From Alphaproteobacteria bacterium (GTDB taxonomy: Bacteria > Pseudomonadota > Alphaproteobacteria > UBA7887), in assembly GCA_965216755.1 (NCBI GenBank), contig CBDCGL010000011.1, positions 1,536,001 through 1,600,000 on the forward strand: a stretch of 64,000 nt of DNA, given 5' to 3'. Of this stretch, positions 30,903 to 39,873 are shown one piece after another (position 1 is the first letter of the stretch; each line of letters opens with the position of its first letter). The notes under the pieces were generated by a model, which was not told the origin of the DNA, did not search any database, and saw only the letters and a program-made list of their open reading frames with translations. A program made the translations under genes and the position numbers.

Positions 30903-33900
30903 ATGATCATTTCGCCATCGCTTGCCGACGTAACGCCGCTCAGAGCGGCCGTTCGCGCGGCAGCGCTGCGCGATGAGGCAACGGTCGTCACGCGCCTGCT
31001 CGACATACTCGAGCTGCCCGACGACGTCGCCCGATCGATCACGACGCGCGCCCGCACACTGACCAAAGCGGTTCGTGAGCGTCAGGCCAGTCATGGCGGC
31101 CTCGACAGTTTCCTTCAAGAGTTCGACCTGTCGAGCAAAGAAGGCGTGGTGATGATGTGCCTTGCAGAGGCATTGTTGCGGGTACCTGACGCCGACACGG
31201 TCGACAAACTCATCAAGGACAAACTCGCGTCGGCCGATTGGTCGGCCCATGTCGGCCGCAGTGAATCGCTTTTCGTCAATGCGTCGACCTGGGCCCTGAT
31301 GTTGACCGGACGCGTTATGCGTCTGGATGAAGAGCCGGGCGGCGAACCCGCTGGATTTATCAAGCGTCTGGTGTCGCGCAGTGGCGAGCCCGTGGTGCGT
31401 GCCGCCATCACCCAGGCTATGCGCATCCTCGGCCGCCAGTTCGTTATGGGACGAACAATAGCCGACGCGATGCAGCGCGCGCGGACAAGTGATTTCGCCG
31501 CCTATCGGTTTTCATTCGACATGTTGGGCGAGGCCGCGCGAACCCGGACTGCGGCGGCGCAATACTACGATGCCTATCGCGATGCCATTGCCGCCATTGG
31601 CGCTGACCCGGCCGGTCGCAGCATCGACCACGGCCCGGGCTTGTCAGTCAAGCTATCGGCCCTACACCCGCGCTTTGAATTCGCCCAGCGCGAGCGCGTC
31701 ATCGCCGAGTTGATCCCTGCGGTGCGGGAGTTGGCGAGGGCCGCGGCCGCGCACGATATTGGGATGACTATCGACTCGGAGGAGGCGGCGCGCCTTGACG
31801 TATCCATGGATGTGATCGAGGCTGTCGCTCTGGACCCCGCGCTAGCCGGTTGGCAGGGCCTTGGTGTTGCCGTTCAAGCGTATCAAAAACGAGCAGTGCC
31901 CCTGATTGCCTGGCTGGCCGATGTCGCCCGCCGCGGCAACCGCCGGCTCATGGTGCGGCTGGTCAAAGGCGCCTACTGGGACACTGAAATTAAGCGTGCC
32001 CAGGTGGATGGTCTCGACGATTACCCAGTATTCACGCGCAAGAGCAGCACCGACCTATCGTACTTGGTTTGCGCCCAACGCTTGATCGCTGAGCCGGACG
32101 CCTTCTTTCCTCAGTTCGCCACCCACAATGCACGCACGGTCGCTGAAATTCTGACCTTGGCGCGGCCCGGACATTACGAATTCCAACGTCTGCATGGGAT
32201 GGGTGAAGCGCTCTATGACCATCTAACCAGCAATCAAGGTGACTCCGCAGTTCCGTGCCGCGTTTACGCGCCGGTCGGCAGCCATCAAGATCTGCTCCCC
32301 TATCTGGTGCGCCGACTATTGGAAAACGGCGCCAACACCTCGTTTGTCAACAGGCTCCACGACGAGCAGCTCCCGATCGATCAGATTATCGCGGATCCAG
32401 TTTCCAAATCACGGGCGTTGACGACAATTCGACACCCGCGCATTCCGCTGCCGCGCGACTTGTTCGGCCCCGAACGCCAAAACTCGACAGGCGTCGACAC
32501 ATCAGAACCGTCGGCATTGCACCATTTGGGCGGCGCCATGCGCGAAATGGCGCGCGAAGCCTGGCATGCGGCGCCGATCGTCGGCGGCAAGACGATCTCG
32601 GGAGGTTTGGCGCGTCCAATAACCGATCCCGCCGATCGGCGGCGCACGATTGGTCAAACCGTCGATACGGGACCGCAATCACTCGAGCACGCCTTGAATC
32701 TGGCTAACGCAGCGCAGCCGGCTTGGGATCGGACGGATTCGCGTCAGCGTGCCGCAACCCTGAACCGCATGGCGGACCTGATCGAGGCCAATCGGGCGCT
32801 GCTCGCCGCCATGTGTGTGCGCGAAGCGGGAAAAACCATTCCCGACGCTATTGCGGAAACGCGCGAAGCCGCCGACTTCTGCCGTTATTATGCAACCATC
32901 GCGGCCACCGAATTTGCCGTACCCATGGATTTGCCGGGGCCAACCGGCGAAAGCAACAGCTTGTCACTCCACGGCCGCGGCGTTTTTGCCTGTATCAGTC
33001 CGTGGAATTTTCCGTTGGCCATCTTCACTGGCCAAGTCGCCGCCGCTTTGGCCGCTGGCAACGCCGTGGTTGCCAAACCGGCGGAACAAACACCACTCGT
33101 CGCGGCAGCAGCGGTGGCGATGTTTCACGAGGCTGGTATTCCGGGCGACGTCCTGCATCTGCTGCCTGGCGACGGCCCTTCTGTCGGTGCGCCATTGGTG
33201 GCGGATCCGCGCGTGTCGGGGGTTGCCTTTACTGGCTCGATTGAAACCGCCAAAGCGATCCATCGCGCCCTTGCCGCCCGTGATGGTCCGATCATCCCAT
33301 TAATCGCCGAAACCGGTGGGCAAAACGCCATGATCGTGGACTCGACGGCCCTGCCGGAACAGGTGGTCGACGATGTCATTACCTCGTCGTTTCGCAGCGC
33401 CGGGCAACGCTGCAGCGCTTTACGCGTTTTGTTTCTGCAAAGCGACATTGCCGATCGCGTTTTGGACATGCTGATCGGCGCCATGCAGGAATTGACGGTC
33501 GGTGATCCGGCTTGGCTGGCCACCGACGTCGGGCCGGTTATCGATGCCGACGCCAAACGCACGCTGCAAAGACACGCCCGTCGGATGGCACGGGGCGGCG
33601 GCGCCCTCGCCCGCACGCCCCTGCCCAGCCGCTGCCGCCACGGGACATTCGTGGCGCCGATGGTGTTTGAGATCGATGCGCTGGACCAGCTGGACGGAGA
33701 GGTCTTCGGTCCGATTCTGCACGTGATCCGGTATGATGCCGATGCATTGGGCCGGGTTCTGGCGGCAATCGACGCCGCCGGCTTTGGACTAACGCTTGGC
33801 GTTCACACACGGATCGACAGCGCCGCCGCGGCCATCCACGGCGCGCTGCGCATCGGCAACAGTTACGTCAACCGGAATATGATCGGCGCCGTGGTCGGCG

Positions 33901-34106
33901 TGCAGCCGTTCGGTGGTGAACGGCTTTCCGGAACGGGGCCAAAGGCAGGCGGTCCACACTATCTCCACCAATTCGCCACCGAACGTGCACTGACAATCAA
34001 TACCGCGGCGACCGGCGGCAATGCCGCTTTGTTGGCGATGGATGACGATGTTCCCGCCGCCCCTCTAGACGCGGACCAACGCACGCACCATCTTGCTGCG
34101 AACTAG
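30903..34106 (+). CDS. putA: Bifunctional proline dehydrogenase / glutamate semialdehyde dehydrogenase
   Basis: SFDMLGEAA; VRLVKGAYWD; RRLLENGANTSF; SPWNFP; AETGG; SAGQRCSALR. Confidence 0.97.
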   Translation: MIISPSLADVTPLRAAVRAAALRDEATVVTRLLDILELPDDVARSITTRARTLTKAVRERQASHGGLDSFLQEFDLSSKEGVVMMCLAEALLRVPDADTVDKLIKDKLASADWSAHVGRSESLFVNASTWALMLTGRVMRLDEEPGGEPAGFIKRLVSRSGEPVVRAAITQAMRILGRQFVMGRTIADAMQRARTSDFAAYRFSFDMLGEAARTRTAAAQYYDAYRDAIAAIGADPAGRSIDHGPGLSVKLSALHPRFEFAQRERVIAELIPAVRELARAAAAHDIGMTIDSEEAARLDVSMDVIEAVALDPALAGWQGLGVAVQAYQKRAVPLIAWLADVARRGNRRLMVRLVKGAYWDTEIKRAQVDGLDDYPVFTRKSSTDLSYLVCAQRLIAEPDAFFPQFATHNARTVAEILTLARPGHYEFQRLHGMGEALYDHLTSNQGDSAVPCRVYAPVGSHQDLLPYLVRRLLENGANTSFVNRLHDEQLPIDQIIADPVSKSRALTTIRHPRIPLPRDLFGPERQNSTGVDTSEPSALHHLGGAMREMAREAWHAAPIVGGKTISGGLARPITDPADRRRTIGQTVDTGPQSLEHALNLANAAQPAWDRTDSRQRAATLNRMADLIEANRALLAAMCVREAGKTIPDAIAETREAADFCRYYATIAATEFAVPMDLPGPTGESNSLSLHGRGVFACISPWNFPLAIFTGQVAAALAAGNAVVAKPAEQTPLVAAAAVAMFHEAGIPGDVLHLLPGDGPSVGAPLVADPRVSGVAFTGSIETAKAIHRALAARDGPIIPLIAETGGQNAMIVDSTALPEQVVDDVITSSFRSAGQRCSALRVLFLQSDIADRVLDMLIGAMQELTVGDPAWLATDVGPVIDADAKRTLQRHARRMARGGGALARTPLPSRCRHGTFVAPMVFEIDALDQLDGEVFGPILHVIRYDADALGRVLAAIDAAGFGLTLGVHTRIDSAAAAIHGALRIGNSYVNRNMIGAVVGVQPFGGERLSGTGPKAGGPHYLHQFATERALTINTAATGGNAALLAMDDDVPAAPLDADQRTHHLAAN

Positions 34107-34169
34107 CCGGGCGATTATGCTCTGCGCCGCTGTCAGAGGCGGTCGCCGCGTTTGCCCCACACCTCATAA

Positions 34170-34245
34170 GCCGGGTTAGCTCAGTTGGTAGAGCAGTTGC
34201 CTTGTAAGCATCAGGTCGCGAGTTCGAGTCCCGCACCCGGCACCA
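34170..34245 (+). tRNA. tRNA-Thr(TGT)
   Basis: GCCGGGT acceptor stem, CTTGTAA loop, TTCGAGT T-loop, ACCA; one mismatch each in the anticodon and T stems. Confidence 0.9.
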
Positions 34246-34254
34246 TACACATCA

Positions 34255-34310
34255 GGGGTCCAGCCCGGAGACATAGGTAACATTTTGTACCTAAGGCATG
34301 GGTGACAACC
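34255..34310 (-). mobile_element. IS481-like terminal remnant
   Basis: Two imperfect 14-bp repeats (minus strand TGTCACCCATGCCT / TGTTACCTATGTCT) and an overlapping ...LSPMP* frame, resembling recalled IS481-family right ends. Confidence 0.55.
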
Positions 34311-34387
34311 ACGCGTCGATGTCCTTTGATCGGGACGGCTCCAACAACTGGGGTTTTGGTGTTGCCCCCGTTTGATCGGACACCCGG

Positions 34388-35215
34388 CTATGTGTTTTGG
34401 GCTCCTCGGAATTCGCGGGGCGATCTCCATTTGAGCCCGGAATGTGGATGATTGTCGTTGTAATCCTCGAACCATCCGGTGATTTGTTCAAGCGCGGTTT
34501 TGGCGTCCGGGATCTGATTGACCCGGACATAATCGCGCTTGATGGTTTTCACAAAAGCCTCGGCAAGGCCGTTGCTTTCAGGACTGGCGACCGGCGTGAA
34601 ACATGGTTCCAAATTGAGCGCCATGGCAAAGTCGCGCGTGTCCTTGGCGGTGTAGGGTGATCCGTTGTCGGACAGGAATTCGATCCGCCGCGGCGCGGAC
34701 AGTGTCGCGAACCGTGTTTCAACCGCTTCGAGCATCATGTCGCGCACGTCCGAACCGCTGATGCCCCGGCCGGAAACGGCGACATGGGCGATCAACTCCC
34801 GATCGTGAGCATCAATGACAAACGCGGCGCGGACAATGTCACCGTTCCAACACGCGAACTCAAAGCCGTCCGAGCACCATCGCAAGTTCGAACTCATGAC
34901 GACGACTTTGCCGTCATGGACACGGCCGTCACGACGTCCAGACGATTTGCGCAGCAACAAACCATGTCGCTTCATGAGCCGATAGACGCGCTTGTGGTTC
35001 GGCAGGGGTTCGTTGACGCGCGCTAACTCTCGGCGCGCCAGGGCCGTGATCCGGCGATAGCCGTAAGTCGGCCGTTCATCGACAAGACGGCGGATCAGTT
35101 CCAACAAGGCCGCGTCGCCCGGTTTGCGATAAGCGCCGCGCGATCGGTTGGCCCCCTGTGTCCGCTCGTACAGGTTCGAGCGCGACACGCCCAGCGTTCT
35201 GGCCACGGCGCTCAT
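34388..35215 (-). CDS. IS3-family transposase OrfB (DDE)
   Basis: YGYRRI; NHKRVYRLM; WCSDGFEF; SDNGSPY; PESNGLAEAFVKT; YN..HPHSGL. Confidence 0.95.
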   Translation of the reverse strand: MSAVARTLGVSRSNLYERTQGANRSRGAYRKPGDAALLELIRRLVDERPTYGYRRITALARRELARVNEPLPNHKRVYRLMKRHGLLLRKSSGRRDGRVHDGKVVVMSSNLRWCSDGFEFACWNGDIVRAAFVIDAHDRELIAHVAVSGRGISGSDVRDMMLEAVETRFATLSAPRRIEFLSDNGSPYTAKDTRDFAMALNLEPCFTPVASPESNGLAEAFVKTIKRDYVRVNQIPDAKTALEQITGWFEDYNDNHPHSGLKWRSPREFRGAQNT

Positions 35216-35607
35216 CGGGTATCGCCCCGTAGCGGCGAGGCAACGTGCAAGATCGGTTTTTTTGCCCGCGACCGCTCAAGGGCCTCGCGCAGGATTTCCA
35301 CCTCCATGGTCTTCTTGCCAAGCAAGCGCTCGAGTTCACGTACTTGTGCCTCAAGCTTCTTGACCTGCGCTTCGCCGACCACCGTCTCGTCTGCCCCCAC
35401 AGCCACGGCGCCCCCTTCTTTCATCAACCGCCGCCAACGATACACTAAATTGGCGCCAACCCCATGACGTCGGGCGACAGCCGAAACACTCGCACCAGGC
35501 GCAAGCGTTTCCTCGACAATCGCCAGCTTTTGTTGGGCCGACCAATGCCGTCGACGTGCGGTTCCTGTGATCACTTCGATCCGCTGAAAGTCATCAGACA
35601 TAAGCAC
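35212..35607 (-). CDS. IS3-family transposase OrfA (HTH)
   Basis: RRRHWSAQQKLAIV; SVSAVARRHGV; LERLLGKKTMEVEILREA; A7 run at 35257-35263. Confidence 0.93.
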   Translation of the reverse strand: MLMSDDFQRIEVITGTARRRHWSAQQKLAIVEETLAPGASVSAVARRHGVGANLVYRWRRLMKEGGAVAVGADETVVGEAQVKKLEAQVRELERLLGKKTMEVEILREALERSRAKKPILHVASPLRGDTR

Positions 35608-36134
35608 ATGCTTAGGGCTATGCCTAAGCCTCCCTGCTTACGCCGACTGTCCGGTCGAAATGGGGGCCAATTCAGGTTTGAATACCGAATTCGTGTGAGC
35701 GGCAACGTTTCTTTGGATCTTTTTGCAGCTTTGTAAGGCGAAGCTGTTCGTGTCGGCTTGCATGACTGTACCTTGAGTTGCTCCCACTCAGCCATTCGTT
35801 CCTCGACATTGGCATCAAAGAACAAAACGAAAGCTCCCGCGGCGCGAAAGTGCCAATGATGGAGAGACCTGCGCCTGCCGTCTTCAAAGCGAGCCCATTC
35901 GCCATGGCTCAATTCCCCACGCTGATCCCCTATCGAAACACTCTCAATGCGGCCAAATAATGTCCTTTATGATACACTAATTAGCTAACAAAAGGGAGAG
36001 TTGTCCGACGCTAGGGGCTCTGTCGTACTTTGGAGAGGAAGGCGACAGCGGACAACTTCGGCAGCTAAATGGAGGGCACCCCTTAGCGTGCAATATTTTT
36101 CGTTCGATGGCGTGCCCCTTAGGAGCGAACGGTA

Positions 36135-37175
36135 ATGCCCAATGTCGACGTTATTTCATTCGACGACGCGCTGGATCGATCCAATGCCGGCCACCGCCAC
36201 CTGCTTCTTGGCAACGGCTTCAGCATCGCTTTGAAGCCGGATATCTTCACTTATGAGGCCCTGTATAACGATGCCAACTTTGAGGCTGTCCCCTATGCCG
36301 AAGCAATCTTTACCGCTTTGGAGACGCACGATTTCGAATCCGTGATCAAGGTGCTGGTGGATATGTCGCGGGTGCTGACCGCATACAAGGACGTGCCAGC
36401 CGAACTTATCGAGCAGATTGAGGGTGACGCCGAATCGATCAAAACCATTCTTGTAAGAGCGATCGCCAGTCGCCACCCAGATCGCCCCCACCATGTGTCT
36501 GATGAACAACATGCGGCATGCTGCCAGTTCCTATCTCACTTCATCAAAAGCAAAATCTACACCCTGAACTACGACGTTCTTCTGTATTGGACACTGATGC
36601 ACGAGGACGTGGACGAACTTCCTCTGAAATGTGACGACGGGTTCCGCGCATTGGAAGACGACCCTGAAGCCCCGTACGTGACGTGGCAAGAGTCCCACAG
36701 CCCGAGCGTCTATTTCCTTCACGGGGCTCTGCATCTTTTCGATGCTGGGCACGAATTGCAGAAATACACCTGGTCGCGGACCGACATACCGATCGTCGAC
36801 CAAATCCGCGCGGCGCTGGATGAGAACCGCTTTCCGCTATTTGTATCGGAAGGTCATAGCACAGCAAAGCTGACCAAGATTATGCACAGTGCCTATCTTC
36901 ACAAGGCCGCCCGAAGTCTGGAAAGTATTCAGCGCAACCTGTTCATTTTTGGCCATTCGCTTGGCGAGAGTGACAATCACATCTTGAGCCTGATCGAACA
37001 TGGCCGCGTATCCAAGCTGTTCGTCAGCATCTATGGCGACGCTGACGCAAACGGAAACCCGGCAATCATTCAGCGCGCGAACGAGCTGGCCGCAAATCGT
37101 GTCCAACTCTTCAAGGGAAAGCGGCCACTGTCCGTAGAGTTTTTTGATGCTGAAAGCGCTCAAGTGTGGGGTTGA
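36135..37175 (+). CDS. DUF4917-like / SIR2-like domain protein
   Basis: LLLGNGFS; YTLNYD; DDGF; FLHGALH; PLFVSEG; FIFGHSL; AGGAG RBS. Confidence 0.8.
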   Translation: MPNVDVISFDDALDRSNAGHRHLLLGNGFSIALKPDIFTYEALYNDANFEAVPYAEAIFTALETHDFESVIKVLVDMSRVLTAYKDVPAELIEQIEGDAESIKTILVRAIASRHPDRPHHVSDEQHAACCQFLSHFIKSKIYTLNYDVLLYWTLMHEDVDELPLKCDDGFRALEDDPEAPYVTWQESHSPSVYFLHGALHLFDAGHELQKYTWSRTDIPIVDQIRAALDENRFPLFVSEGHSTAKLTKIMHSAYLHKAARSLESIQRNLFIFGHSLGESDNHILSLIEHGRVSKLFVSIYGDADANGNPAIIQRANELAANRVQLFKGKRPLSVEFFDAESAQVWG

Positions 37176-37725
37176 TCAATGCCTGCGCGGACAGCAGAAT
37201 GATAACTGCCATCATGGGAAATTATTCGAAATCAGATTAGTGTATTTCCCTGATCCAATTGCCGCGTTTGCCTCGTATCCCGGTTTTTTTGGTTTACCTG
37301 AAAAATATTTAGCACGCCCACGCTGCAGTGCAATAAGGCGTTTGACTTGCAAAGATACGACAAGGACGACGTGCCCGCGAACACCAGATGGACGCCTCAA
37401 ACAACATCGAAATTGGGTGCAGATGTGTGCGATACGTGTTCTTTGTTTGGCTATCTATGTGTCGTGGTGACGCGACGGTGTTTTGTCGCGCGGGCGGCCA
37501 CCCTTGGAGGGATCCGAAATGTTAAGCGCCGCCAAAAAACATTGACGATCGCCAGCACGTTAGCGCGGTTTGCGGTCTCCGACAACCGCCGTAAATGAGC
37601 CGGCAAACCAAACGACCCAGTTTGGCTCACCACAGACATCCAAATCCATAGACAAATACTCATACATTGCAAAGCGTCGCTTATTTTAATGGCGGCGTCC
37701 AAGTCTTGGGATGCGAATGCACATC

Positions 37726-38406
37726 CTAAGCCGCCCAACCGCCGCTGAACGGTATTGCTTGGCCGACAAAGAAATCGCTTTCGTCGCTGGCCAGAAAGAG
37801 CGCAAAAGCGGCGTCTTCCTCGGCCGTCGCCAGGCGGCCGAGCGGCACCTGCGCCTTCAGATTCTTTTGAAACTTCGGATTGGCCTGCAAAGACGGCGGA
37901 TAATACGCTTCGTTCTCGACCCAATTTTGGGCGATCAAGTTCATCTGAATATTGTGCCGCGCCAGCTCCGCACCCACGGACTTGACGAAAGCGATTTGCG
38001 CCCCGCGAGCCGTGGAATACGCGCCCAGGCGGGCCATCGGCCTGAGCGGCACGGCGCTGCCATAGACCACGATCTTGCCGGCGCCGCGCTCGATCATCTG
38101 TGGCGCCAGCGCACGCACCAGCCGATGAAGCGGATGCACCATCATGTCGAACGCAACGGCGAACTGCTCGTCGGTGGACTCGGTCACAGTCACGCCATGG
38201 AAATTGGGTGATGCCAGATTGGCCACCAGCACGTCCACATGCCCGGCATGAGCAATCAAATCGGCCGCCGCGTCGGGTGGCGTCAGGTCGGATGTGTCAC
38301 CGATCACTTGAGCCCCTTCGGCGCGGAAAAGCGCGATGGTCGCCGGCCCCATAAAGTCTTCCGCTTGGGTGACAACCACCCGCTTCCCTTCTAGCCGTTT
38401 TGCCAT
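37726..38406 (-). CDS. Halohydrin dehalogenase (HheB/HheD-like, SDR fold)
   Basis: T-x4-F-x-G (TQAEDFMG) replaces TGxxxGxG; catalytic S-x12-Y-x3-R (SAVPLRPMARLGAYSTAR). Confidence 0.88.
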   Translation of the reverse strand: MAKRLEGKRVVVTQAEDFMGPATIALFRAEGAQVIGDTSDLTPPDAAADLIAHAGHVDVLVANLASPNFHGVTVTESTDEQFAVAFDMMVHPLHRLVRALAPQMIERGAGKIVVYGSAVPLRPMARLGAYSTARGAQIAFVKSVGAELARHNIQMNLIAQNWVENEAYYPPSLQANPKFQKNLKAQVPLGRLATAEEDAAFALFLASDESDFFVGQAIPFSGGWAA

Positions 38407-38731
38407 CGCGCGCCTCCCTGCTAGGGCAAAGATCGCATCATTCTCGCAAGATCATACGCCATGCCCACGTATTCCGCCTGATTTCGAACGATCCTGCACA
38501 GTGACCTCTGCGACATATGATCCGAAAATTATGAGACAAGTCATTAGTGCCGCAACACCCGGGCTGGCCGGCAGCCGCGCACACCAGACCATGTTGCGAA
38601 CAAGTATCGCCCTCACCTCCATTCCGTCGGCGACCGCTGGCATTGGCGTCCTTAACCGGAAATCAATCGGTCACGGTCAGAATTTGGCTGGCCCACATCC
38701 GGCTTGCGACCGCGCCAAGGAGGCGCCGATC

Positions 38732-39532
38732 ATGTCTTGTGCCGCTGAAGAACATGTCATCGAGCGTATCAACGCCGCGTCCATCACGCGCCTGCCTTCG
38801 CCGCATTTCCACGTCGATAACGTCTTCCCCGAGGATTATTACAATCAGCTGCTTCAAAACAGCCTCGACGACTCGGATTTTACCTGCCTTGGAGAAACCG
38901 GCCGGGTCCCGGCGGGCAGCTATCCGGAACGGTTCGTGTTCGTTCCCGACCCCGAGACGTTACGGACCCTTCCGCCGGCAAAACAGACCTTTTGGCAAGA
39001 GCTGAGCAGCTGGCTGACGGGCCCACGGTTTCTGCAGACCATGATCGACAAATACCCAAACGCGGCCGCCATTCGTTTTGGCGACAAAATCGATCAAATG
39101 AAGCAATTCCCAGAAATGATGGTGGTCCGCGATCGCACCAACTACGCCATCGGGCCGCATACCGATGCACCCCACCGTTTCGTCACCATGCTGTTTTATT
39201 GCCCGCCCGACAACAGCCAGGAACACCTTGGAACGTCGCTCTATATGCCCATTGATCCGCGTTTTACCTGCGCGGGTGGTCCCCATTACGAATTTGAACA
39301 GTTCGTCGAAGTGGCCAGAATGCCGTTCCGACGCAATAGTCTGTTCTGCTTTCTCAATACCAATGCGTCATTCCACGGCGTGCCGCCGATCCGCGATGAA
39401 AACATTCAGCGAGACATGATCTTGTTCGTCGCTCGGATCAAGGAACCACGCGTGCCGTTCAAAGGTGTTGCCGACTACGCCCTTGGGACAGCGCGGCCGA
39501 GAAGAAAAATGCGCGATAAGGCGTTGACTTGA
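38732..39532 (+). CDS. 2OG-Fe(II) oxygenase-like protein
   Basis: AAGGAGG RBS before ATG 38732; HxD (PHTD), distal H (SFHGV), downstream R. Confidence 0.72.
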   Translation: MSCAAEEHVIERINAASITRLPSPHFHVDNVFPEDYYNQLLQNSLDDSDFTCLGETGRVPAGSYPERFVFVPDPETLRTLPPAKQTFWQELSSWLTGPRFLQTMIDKYPNAAAIRFGDKIDQMKQFPEMMVVRDRTNYAIGPHTDAPHRFVTMLFYCPPDNSQEHLGTSLYMPIDPRFTCAGGPHYEFEQFVEVARMPFRRNSLFCFLNTNASFHGVPPIRDENIQRDMILFVARIKEPRVPFKGVADYALGTARPRRKMRDKALT

Positions 39533-39873
39533 TCACCACTGGTCGCCACGCCTTCGCGGTTACCGGCGTTGTCGAGCCCATAGAGCCGGCTGTTTGACGG
39601 CAAGCAATGGCGCAGACGTGCAACAATCCGATAGAAAACTCATCCGTTATGTGCCGGAGGTGTGGCGCCGGCCAGAATTTTGAAACAGCTTAATGATCAA
39701 GTCTAAAATCCCCTGAATAGGTGATAAGTTTTTCTTTCAGAGTGTTTCAAGTCTGATACGCTTTATTTGGTTCTCTCAAAAACATCCCAATAAAACACTT
39801 TATGAGTGTCTCAAATCGGTGCAGACTTTGCCTCCGTTCGGATGGATTTTACAACAGTGGTGGGCAAGGACCG

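Larger units (their letters stand above)
34357..35674 (-). mobile_element. IS3-family (IS2 group) insertion sequence, 1318 bp
   Basis: Imperfect TG...CA terminal inverted repeats (tggtgttgcccccgtttgatcggaca / tgaattggcccccatttcgaccggaca); GGTTT duplicated at 34352-34356 and 35675-35679; orfA+orfB. Confidence 0.93.

Noticed and set aside
35675-35960. Short ORFs next to the IS as a gene interrupted by the insertion
   Set aside because: Rejoining the flanks across the target duplication gave no recognisable protein in the frames tested.
37176-37725. Possible ncRNA or leader peptide (GGAGG...MLSAAKKH*) in the 550-bp gap
   Set aside because: No recognisable RNA family, terminator or downstream co-oriented gene supports it.
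34170-38000. Integrase-type island or prophage at tRNA-Thr
   Set aside because: No integrase or phage genes, and no duplicated tRNA 3' end (attR) was seen in the window.
37333-39531. Near-identical 16/17-nt direct repeat (ataaggcgtt(t)gacttg) flanking the HHDH and oxygenase genes
   Set aside because: It is short, contains an indel and has no associated recombinase, so it is compatible with chance.
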